A stretch of 48,218 nucleotides of DNA, taken from NCBI GenBank assembly GCA_024654265.1, contig JANLIO010000059.1:1-48218 (forward strand), in the 5' to 3' direction. The notes under the pieces are model-generated. The model worked only from the letters and a program-made list of their open reading frames with translations. It did not search any database and had not been told where the DNA came from. Source of the stretch: a bacterium (lineage in GTDB: Bacteria; Patescibacteriota; Patescibacteriia; 2-12-FULL-60-25). This document shows positions 17,046-24,430 of the stretch, piece after piece. Numbering within the stretch: position 1 is the first letter of the stretch; each line of letters opens with the position of its first letter. Position numbers and translations under genes: made by a program.

Positions 17046-18119
17046 ATGGCAAAGAAAGCAACGAATGAAAGGACCGAGCGTCAGGCTGCGGCGGAAGCAG
17101 CGATTGAACAAATCAAAGAAAAATTCGGAGAAGGTTCAATTATGCGTTTAGGTGAAGCAAAGAGAATGGAAATCGATGCGATACCGACCGGTTGTTTGTC
17201 GCTTGATATGGCGCTTGGTGTGATGGGAGTGCCACGTGGGCGTGTTGTTGAAATCTATGGTCCGGAAGCTTCTGGAAAAACAACGCTTGCCCAACATATT
17301 ATCGCCGAACTTCAGAAGTCAGGAGGGATTGCTGCGTTTGTTGATGCGGAACACGCACTTGATCCTGAATACGCGCGCAAGATTGGCGTGAATGTTGATG
17401 AACTTTTGATTTCACAGCCGGATAGCGGGGAGCAGGCGCTTGATATTGTTGATACGTTGGTTCGTTCAAATGGTGTTGATGTCATTGTCATCGATTCGGT
17501 AGCTGCACTGACGCCTCGGAGTGAACTTGAGGGCGAGATGGGTGATCGGCATGTTGGGTTGCAGGCAAGATTAATGAGCCAAGCACTACGAAAATTAACG
17601 TCCATTATCTCTCGTTCAAAAACATGTGTTATTTTTATTAACCAGATCCGTTTAAAGATTGGCGTCGTGTATGGAAATCCGGAAACAACGACGGGTGGCA
17701 TGGCGTTGAAATTTTACTCATCAGTGCGGATCGAAGTTCGTCGTCGTGCTCAAATTAAAATGGGGGAACAGATTATTGGAAATCGCGTGAAAGCGAAAAT
17801 TGTAAAAAATAAAGTTGCCGCACCATTTCGAGCATGTGAATTTGATATCATGTATAACGAAGGCATTTCCCTGTCCGGAGATTTATTGGATGTCGGAGTG
17901 GCGATGGGAGTTGTTAAAAAATCTGGACACTCGTACAGCTATAAAGAGGAGAAGTTGGGCCTTGGGCGAGAAAAGGCAAAAGCGAGTTTGCGCTCACAGC
18001 CAGAGCTTATGTCAGCGATCCGAGAAGAATGTATTCTTGCAAAGCAAATAAGCGATGAAGAGGGGAACGATATTGCGTTGTCAGGAAGTGCATCAATGGT
18101 TGAAGAAGTAGACGCGTGA
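17046..18119 (+). CDS. recA: Recombinase RecA
   Basis: 357 aa. Walker [11 protein letters not shown]1/L2 regions conserved. Confidence 0.98.
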   Translation: MAKKATNERTERQAAAEAAIEQIKEKFGEGSIMRLGEAKRMEIDAIPTGCLSLDMALGVMGVPRGRVVEIYGPEASGKTTLAQHIIAELQKSGGIAAFVDAEHALDPEYARKIGVNVDELLISQPDSGEQALDIVDTLVRSNGVDVIVIDSVAALTPRSELEGEMGDRHVGLQARLMSQALRKLTSIISRSKTCVIFINQIRLKIGVVYGNPETTTGGMALKFYSSVRIEVRRRAQIKMGEQIIGNRVKAKIVKNKVAAPFRACEFDIMYNEGISLSGDLLDVGVAMGVVKKSGHSYSYKEEKLGLGREKAKASLRSQPELMSAIREECILAKQISDEEGNDIALSGSASMVEEVDA

Positions 18120-18157
18120 CGTTTTGGAAGAAAATCAGTATCCTTTAGAGAGTTCCC

Positions 18158-20461
18158 ATGCCTCGACGACGAAGAAAACGATTTTCAGTTTCTCTCCAGC
18201 CTGAAACAAAGCACGGTGTTGTCATTGTAATTGTTTTTGCCTTTGCACTTCTTCTCCTCCTTTCGCTTTTTGATCTTGGCGGGCGTTTAGGCGTTTCATT
18301 GGATGGTGCTATTGCGCATGTTCTTGGTTGGGATAGGATTGTTCTTCCTTTTTTCTTGATAGCAATTGGATATCACAGCGTGTCTTCCGAGCGACTTCCG
18401 CTTTCCATTACAAATTATATTGGTTTCGTCCTTTTCTTCATTGGGTTAAACCCACTCGTTCACGTGATGAGATTTTCTGCCGGGGATATTCCTGTTGAAC
18501 TTCTTGCAACAGCCGGTGGGAAGCTTGGTCTTCTTCTGGCGGATCCGTTTCGGGCAATTCTTGGTGGCTTTGGGGCAGTAATATTCTTCGTGGCTCTTTT
18601 CGTGATTTCGCTTCTTCTTATTTTCAATACATCATTGACACGCATCGTCAGTGTTTTGAATATTTTCCTTCTTGGAGTTAAAAAAATCGGACTTTTGTTT
18701 ACGTATCCAATTCGAAAACTCATTTCTCGAAGTAGGAACACAGTTGGTGCGTCAGACGAAAACGAGGAGTATGAAGAAGTGTTCGATGGGGATGAAGATG
18801 AAGGGGAGAATGAAGTAATTGAAGTGGATGATGAAGACGTAGGTGAAGTCGTTGAGGGAGAAGAGGTCGTGGTGCCAAAACGGGTACGTCGCCGTCGTCG
18901 AAAAATGGTTCCTGTTCCTCTCGATATTTTGATGAAGCGAGATCAGAATCCAACCTCTGGAGACATTGATCACAATAAGTCTGTCATTGAGCGCACGCTT
19001 GAGAATTTTGGAATTCCGGTTGAGATGGGCGAGGTTTCTGTTGGGCCAACTGTTACTCAATTTACGTTAAAACCAGCCGAAGGCGTTAAGCTGACAAAGA
19101 TTACTGCTTTGCATAACGATCTTGCCCTCGCTCTCGCTGCTCATCCGATTCGTATCGAAGCTCCAATCCCCGGAAAGTCCTATGTCGGTATTGAGGTTCC
19201 GAATCAATCTGTCGCGACGGTTGGTGTGCGTGGCATTCTTGAATCAAAGGATTGGAAGACGCGAAAAAATAATCTTCATTTTTCACTTGGACGCGATGTC
19301 GCGGGTATATCAAATATCGCCGATCTCTCTCGCATGCCTCACTTGTTGGTGGCCGGTGCAACGGGATCAGGAAAATCTGTATGTTTGAATGTTCTTATCA
19401 CATCTCTTTTGTACGCAAACAGTCCGGATGAATTGAAATTAATCTTGATCGATCCAAAGCGCGTCGAACTTCCGATCTACAATGGAATTGCTCACCTTGT
19501 GACTCCGGTTATTACTGAAGTGGACAAAACCATAAACGCATTGAAGTGGGCGATCCGAGAAATGGATCGACGTTTCACTCTTTTGTCGGCACTCGGTGTT
19601 CGCGATATCGGTGGATACAATCAACGCGCAGAAGAAAAAATTCCATATCTTGTCATTGTAGTTGATGAGCTTGCGGACTTGATGATGACAGCACAAGCGG
19701 ATGTTGAGGGTTCGATCGTTCGTTTGGCGCAGATGGCGCGTGCCGTTGGAATCCACCTTGTTCTTGCAACACAACGACCGTCCGTCGATGTCATTACAGG
19801 TTTAATCAAAGCAAATATTCCGGCGCGTATGGCGTTTTCCGTGGCGTCATCCACAGACTCTCGAACTATTTTAGATCAAACGGGCGCTGAGAAATTGCTT
19901 GGGCGAGGAGATATGCTATATGTGACGGCAGAGATGTCAGCCCCACGTCGAATTCAAGGCGCGTTCATCTCTGATGACGAAACAAAACGTCTTGTTGATT
20001 TCTTGAAGTCTTCATATGAGACGGCTGAATACGACGATTCGATTATTGAACGTCAGCGTGCGGGAACATCATTTAAAGGTGGAGGTGGAATGGATGATGA
20101 TATGGACCCGTTCATTGAGGATGCAAAAGAAGAATTGATTCGTGCCGGAAAAGCATCGGCGTCACTCCTTCAGCGACGATTGAAGGTTGGGTATGCGCGT
20201 GCCGCTCGTATTCTTGATGAATTGGAAGAGATCGGTTTCATTGGACCTGCGGATGGATCAAAGCCACGAGAAATTTTGAATCCAAACGCGGGTGAAGAAT
20301 CAATCCCAATTCCACCGCCACGAGAAACAATGGATCGATATCGTGCAATTGAGGACGAGGAGGAAGAAGAAGATGATGAGGAGGAGGATATCGAAGAAGA
20401 TATTGAAGACATTGACCTTGAAATCGGTGATGAAGAGGAGTCGGAGGATGAAGAGTATTGA
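18158..20461 (+). CDS. ftsK: DNA translocase FtsK/SpoIIIE
   Basis: N-terminal TM helices. Acidic linker. Motor domain with Walker A AGATGSGKS. Gamma winged helix (LLQRRLKVGYARAARILDELEE). Acidic C-terminal tail. Confidence 0.95.
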   Translation: MPRRRRKRFSVSLQPETKHGVVIVIVFAFALLLLLSLFDLGGRLGVSLDGAIAHVLGWDRIVLPFFLIAIGYHSVSSERLPLSITNYIGFVLFFIGLNPLVHVMRFSAGDIPVELLATAGGKLGLLLADPFRAILGGFGAVIFFVALFVISLLLIFNTSLTRIVSVLNIFLLGVKKIGLLFTYPIRKLISRSRNTVGASDENEEYEEVFDGDEDEGENEVIEVDDEDVGEVVEGEEVVVPKRVRRRRRKMVPVPLDILMKRDQNPTSGDIDHNKSVIERTLENFGIPVEMGEVSVGPTVTQFTLKPAEGVKLTKITALHNDLALALAAHPIRIEAPIPGKSYVGIEVPNQSVATVGVRGILESKDWKTRKNNLHFSLGRDVAGISNIADLSRMPHLLVAGATGSGKSVCLNVLITSLLYANSPDELKLILIDPKRVELPIYNGIAHLVTPVITEVDKTINALKWAIREMDRRFTLLSALGVRDIGGYNQRAEEKIPYLVIVVDELADLMMTAQADVEGSIVRLAQMARAVGIHLVLATQRPSVDVITGLIKANIPARMAFSVASSTDSRTILDQTGAEKLLGRGDMLYVTAEMSAPRRIQGAFISDDETKRLVDFLKSSYETAEYDDSIIERQRAGTSFKGGGGMDDDMDPFIEDAKEELIRAGKASASLLQRRLKVGYARAARILDELEEIGFIGPADGSKPREILNPNAGEESIPIPPPRETMDRYRAIEDEEEEEDDEEEDIEEDIEDIDLEIGDEEESEDEEY

Positions 20462-20486
20462 GTATAAAAGAGGATGGTAAACCGGC

Positions 20487-21167
20487 ATGGCTTTTGTTCA
20501 AAAATCGTTACAGCAGGAGGGCGGATTCGGAGCAAATCTCCGAGAGCTTCGTGAACTCCGCGGATTAACACGACAGGCGCTTTCCGAGCTAACGCAGATT
20601 CATGTTTCAATCATTCAGGCGCTTGAAGAGGAAGATCTCGCTGAGTTCAAAGATCCTGAATATGCAGAGCGTCATGTCCGTGCCTTGGTAACGATCCTTG
20701 AAGGAAGACCTGGGTACTTTCTAAAAAAATATAAGGAGCTTCTAAAAAAGTACTCACTTGAACGAACAGATCGCGTTCTTGTTCGTCCGCGTGTTCGAAG
20801 AAGAGATTTTTTTGTTTCTTCACGCATTATCGCCGTCATCAGTTTTTTTGTTGTTGCGTTCTTTGCAATTATTTATCTGAGCTGGCAAGCATTCATTCTT
20901 CAGGAACCTCCACCGCTTACACTCGTCTCTCCGGATGAGAATGCCGTGCTTCATGAACCGTACGTTGATATTCGTGGATCTACGCTTCCAAATGTGACGG
21001 TGACTGTGAACGGTCGCCGTGCCGTTGTTGAGAGAGATGGATCATTCACGATGCGCTTCGATCTTTCTCGCGGACCGACAACACTTTCAATCGAGGCAAA
21101 ACGACGATACGGATCATCTGAAATCATTGTCCGACAAGTCACATATGAAAGAGAATCGATAGAATAA
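20487..21167 (+). CDS. RodZ-like HTH (XRE-type) membrane protein
   Basis: N-terminal HTH (LRELRELRGLTRQALSELTQI), a single TM helix, and an extracytoplasmic Ig-like C-terminus. Confidence 0.6.
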   Translation: MAFVQKSLQQEGGFGANLRELRELRGLTRQALSELTQIHVSIIQALEEEDLAEFKDPEYAERHVRALVTILEGRPGYFLKKYKELLKKYSLERTDRVLVRPRVRRRDFFVSSRIIAVISFFVVAFFAIIYLSWQAFILQEPPPLTLVSPDENAVLHEPYVDIRGSTLPNVTVTVNGRRAVVERDGSFTMRFDLSRGPTTLSIEAKRRYGSSEIIVRQVTYERESIE

Positions 21168-21197
21168 AAAAACCCTGAAATACATCAGGGTTTTTTG
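21166..21197. terminator. Bidirectional intrinsic terminator
   Basis: AAAAAAACCCTGA-aataca-TCAGGGTTTTTT. Confidence 0.8.
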
Positions 21198-21441
21198 TTT
21201 CACGATCTTGAATCTGCAAAGTGTTGCCACGCGTAGAAGACGTCGATCACCACGGGAGGAGAGAGTTTTGTTCCAACACAAGGCCGGGACAAATCCATGG
21301 GGTTCGATATCAAAGCGTGCATCACTTCGCAGATTCAAAATAATGAATTCTCTTTGTATAGATTATCAGAGGATTAGGATAAAAATCAAGCCCCCACACC
21401 CTGTGCGAGAATTGCATTGGATGTGGGAGCACGGAGATCAG

Positions 21442-22041
21442 CTAAAGGTCGTCGGCAAATGGACTCGCGATTGGGATCATTTCGCGCTTCCGTATCGTAG
21501 CGAGAGCCTTTTCCGCCGGAAGGCTGTAGTAGGCGATGGTATCCTCAGCGAACATACTAACCGCTCCGTTCAACCGTCGCGTGTCTTTCGAGTTCAGGAA
21601 CGAAACGGGCTTTCTGTTTTTCCCTCGGACAACGCACCATCCCATTCTTTCGGCTTCTTGGACTCGTCCCGCATTTTTTGCAGGATCACCGCTCAACGCG
21701 AACGTCGAAATGCTCCAGCATGGGTCACCTCGAGGGAAGATCAAAATGGCACAGCGATCGTTGTCATCGCAAGAAACAACGTTTCTCAGCGGTGGCACTG
21801 TCTGGTTCGTCGGTGCATTGAGCCTGCTCGACTTACGCGGAAGCGAGCTCACCGTTTTGCGGATGCGGAGTGGATCAACGTGACGTAGCGGATTGCGTAC
21901 GGCACGGTTCCTTCTCCACCACGCTCGTGACTGTTGTCCCTGCAGATAGATCTTACACCCATCTTGAATGCGGATGTGTGTGATGGTCCGGTTCTTTGGT
22001 TGAATCGGACCGACCGGCGTAAGCAAGGGCGTTTTTTTCAT
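21442..22041 (-). CDS. Hypothetical basic protein (199 aa), GC-rich cassette gene D
   Basis: AAAGGAGG lies 4 nt before the ATG. Arg-rich N-terminal half with no Glu in the first ~90 aa. The C-terminal half looks folded. I recognised no family. Confidence 0.5.
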   Translation of the reverse strand: MKKTPLLTPVGPIQPKNRTITHIRIQDGCKIYLQGQQSRAWWRRNRAVRNPLRHVDPLRIRKTVSSLPRKSSRLNAPTNQTVPPLRNVVSCDDNDRCAILIFPRGDPCWSISTFALSGDPAKNAGRVQEAERMGWCVVRGKNRKPVSFLNSKDTRRLNGAVSMFAEDTIAYYSLPAEKALATIRKREMIPIASPFADDL

Positions 22042-22168
22042 GTCGCCTCCTTTCTTGTTTTGTTTGGATTGAATGTTCGCCTAACTCATGCACCATGCAC
22101 GAAAAAGGGGTTTTCGTCAAGTGGGCGAGGTCGGGGGAGTGGGCCCGACCTCGCATCACGATGGACGA

Positions 22169-22360
22169 TCAGTCGTCGTCTTCGCCGAACCAGTCTATCT
22201 GGCCGGGCAAGGCGACATCCACGTCAAATTCAGATGCATCATTCGGGAATCCATCCCGAAGCAGAATCGAACGCCAAACGCCGTCTGCACCCTTCCAGCT
22301 CGTGGGTGATGGTGGCGGTTGAGGTAGTTCGTGTCCGTGACCATTCGTTCCATCGATCAT
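22169..22360 (-). CDS. Hypothetical small acidic protein (63 aa), cassette gene C
   Basis: ATGA start/stop overlap with gene B. Ends in DWFGEDDD. Followed by an 11-bp GC hairpin (GCGAGGTCGGG/CCCGACCTCGC). Confidence 0.4.
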   Translation of the reverse strand: MIDGTNGHGHELPQPPPSPTSWKGADGVWRSILLRDGFPNDASEFDVDVALPGQIDWFGEDDD

Positions 22361-22785
22361 GCTCTTTCTCCCGGTTGTTTGGGCTTCCAGAGTTTTCCCT
22401 TTAGAGCCCGGTTTGCTTCTGCGAAAGGATCTTTTTCCTCAAAGGATAGATCCTCGAAAAGCCAGTACAAGCCTAGGATAAGTACGATAAATCCAATCTC
22501 TCCCTCTTCGAAATAGAAGAGTGCGATAGAGGATAATACGAACACGCCACCGATAATCCTTAGAATCATATCCCTCCTTGTTGTGAAAAAGTGCGAAACA
22601 CTAAGATACAAAAAAACGGCATTCGCCACAAGACGGAGGATAGATTCGCGTACGACAAAAGCCGTAAACGAATCATAGAGAATAAATACTTTCGGCAAAG
22701 TCCAGCCAATGGCCGGAATGTGATTCAAAAATATTTTTTCCACTTTTTCCTCCGTCTTATGTCGAATGACCGTGATAGATTTCAT
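22357..22785 (-). CDS. Hypothetical polytopic membrane protein (142 aa, about 4 TM), cassette gene B
   Basis: Open 142-codon frame in locally AT-rich DNA with four clear hydrophobic helices. Confidence 0.55.
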   Translation of the reverse strand: MKSITVIRHKTEEKVEKIFLNHIPAIGWTLPKVFILYDSFTAFVVRESILRLVANAVFLYLSVSHFFTTRRDMILRIIGGVFVLSSIALFYFEEGEIGFIVLILGLYWLFEDLSFEEKDPFAEANRALKGKLWKPKQPGERA

Positions 22786-22819
22786 CGAAACTGAACATTC
22801 AATTCAGTTCCCATGAAAT

Positions 22820-22868
22820 CCGAGGTGCATGTTCCTAGCACGCACCTCGGGAGTTTTGTTTTTTGTTT
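22820..22868 (+). terminator. Plus-oriented hairpin plus T-tract between cassette genes A and B
   Basis: 9-bp stem CCGAGGTGC/GCACCTCGG with a 13-nt loop, then GAGTTTTGTTTTTTGTTT on the plus strand only. Confidence 0.5.
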
Positions 22869-23223
22869 AGGTCAACGCCCCCAGGAAGAGGGCGAGGTTG
22901 ATGAACGACCCGAAAGTCGGGGCGTTCACCTCTCGGTCGCTCACTCCCTCGTCACCCGAAGGTGGGAAGGAGGAGCGACTCTCGGCGAGGACCGTCTCGA
23001 TCGCCTCGCCGAAGAAGTCAGAGACTCCCTCGGGCGGGGCGGAAACCGGGATGGTCTCGCCATCGCACGCCTCGACCTTGATGGTCGGGCGCGAGTCCTC
23101 CGCCGTCTGGGGGTTGAACCCCATCAGGCAGAGGGCCCACTCGATGTCCCTTTGGACAACGAGTGGGGTGCACTCGAGAGGCATACGCCCCTCGGTGCGG
23201 GTTATGAAATTTTCTTGCGACAT
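22867..23223 (-). CDS. Hypothetical acidic protein (118 aa), cassette gene A
   Basis: AAGGAGGT lies 3 nt before the ATG at 23223. Acidic composition with a hydrophobic C-terminus (FINLALFLGALT). The overlapping plus-strand ORFs are Arg-rich, as expected for antisense frames. Confidence 0.5.
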   Translation of the reverse strand: MSQENFITRTEGRMPLECTPLVVQRDIEWALCLMGFNPQTAEDSRPTIKVEACDGETIPVSAPPEGVSDFFGEAIETVLAESRSSFPPSGDEGVSDREVNAPTFGSFINLALFLGALT

Positions 23224-23807
23224 CTTACCTCCTTGTGTCGCTTTTTGTTTGTCGGAGAGGATCGAATATCCTCCCAACGTTTGTGAAGGGGACGTCATCG
23301 CGTAAACGCGAGAAGGTCCGTGGGATCGGTTATCTATGGATCCGAGCCAAAGCCCGGTTCCAAGAGTTCTTTACCCAACATGCACAGGGTCCGTGTTTGG
23401 CCTTTGCATGTGTTCTCCTCCACAAACGTTGGGACGAATAAAAAGTACGATTTTGTGTTCCGGTGCGCGCCGGCTAGGGCTTTTGTGGTTTGGTTGGCCT
23501 CAGGTACTGCCCTGACTTACCTGAGACTTACATAACATCCATCAACGATCTCCTTTTGTACGTGCCCGGAGCATATTGCTCGGGCGATTTTGTGGTCGTG
23601 TGATATTCCTGCGAGCACGACCTCTTTTTTAGATCCGTTGTGGATCGTTTGCAGGGATGTAGAGGGGACCTTGGATAACGCCGAAGCGCTCCGTGGCATG
23701 CGATATCCGATCAAATAATCCAGTCGAAACCGGATCGAATGACCTTTATCGCTCCTTTCTAGGATCCCGGGTTTGGGGCTAAAAAGGGTTCCTCCTCCAC
23801 GTCTCTG

Positions 23808-23944
23808 CAAACAAAAAGAGACCTTTAAAGGGTCTCGAATTTGGAAAATCATAAAAAATGGCTAAATTTAGCTATTTTTTACTCGACTCTCCTCTTTCGA
23901 GCGGAAGATCTGGGGTTGTGAAGTTCGGTGACTCACTCCAGTAC
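23808..23944 (-). ncRNA. Candidate small RNA (about 90-135 nt) with its own consensus promoter and two tandem terminators
   Basis: Minus-strand TTGACA-17-TATAAA (23979-23951) predicts a start near 23944. First terminator at 23880-23853 (GCTAAATTTAGC between an A-run and a T-run). Second at 23836-23808 (GAGACC/GGTCTC plus TTTTTGTTTG). No convincing ORF. Confidence 0.45.
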
Positions 23945-23950
23945 GAAATC

Positions 23951-23979
23951 TTTATACCATATATCCACAATCTTGTCAA
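23951..23979 (-). promoter_or_regulatory. Near-consensus promoter TTGACA-17-TATAAA on the minus strand
   Basis: Plus-strand TGTCAA at 23974-23979 and TTTATA at 23951-23956, with an exact 17-nt spacer. Confidence 0.6.
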
Positions 23980-24150
23980 GAGGGCTTGGCAATAAGGCGG
24001 TATATCGATGGGTGAGGTGTTTTTTCAAAAATGTTCTATTTTCTGGATATATATGAGGATTTTTGATTGAAATGGGAAAAAATGAGTCCTATTTAATGAA
24101 ATATAGATGGGATAGTGAACTTTGCAGGTTATTTGTCCTTTGGGCTTTGT

Positions 24151-24179
24151 TTGACACTCTTCCAAAACTATGCGAAAAT
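24151..24179 (+). promoter_or_regulatory. Candidate rpoB promoter TTGACA-17-GAAAAT
   Basis: TTGACA 24151-24156, 17-nt spacer, GAAAAT 24174-24179. Would give a leader of about 245 nt. Confidence 0.4.
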
Positions 24180-24430
24180 CGCGCTTAGACAACGCGTTTT
24201 TGAACCCATGAGTTTCAAGAAAAAGACAATCGCCCAGTAAAAATTATACGTCGCTTTTAAAGTGGCGTTGTTTTGTGTCTTTTTTTATCGCGTTTCCTTT
24301 TCTTATTCGTCACACTTTTGATTTCTGCGCGTCGCCGGTTCATTCCGCCTGAATGATCCCTCGAACCTGGCCCGCGTCTGGAAGTTGAAATGTGATACGG
24401 TCAATTTATGACCGTGTAACACACATTGGC

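Noticed and set aside
21208-21888. 226-aa and 115-aa plus-strand ORFs overlapping cassette gene D. Likewise the plus-strand ORFs at 21934-22404, 22813-23286 and 22898-23305 over genes C and A.
   Set aside because: They have no SD or promoter and are extremely Arg-rich. The minus-strand alternatives have perfect SD sites and more protein-like composition. Confidence in the minus-strand models remains only moderate.
23290-23850. Tested the region on both strands against remembered signatures of tmRNA, RNase P RNA and SRP RNA.
   Set aside because: For tmRNA, a GGTTTCGAC-like 5' motif and a GCAAACGA.. possible tag start are present, but there is no T-arm/ACCA 3' end. For RNase P, the AAGTCAGGGC and GAACCGGGCTT segments are only ~160 nt apart and do not pair as P4. 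No SRP domain IV motif was found. No confident class assignment was possible by eye.
23517-23852. 111-aa minus-strand ORF in the ORF-free region.
   Set aside because: Its first 30 nt contain a strong hairpin plus T-run terminator. There is no ribosome-binding site at any in-frame start. The composition is Arg/Ser/Gly-rich as expected for a chance ORF in GC-rich DNA.
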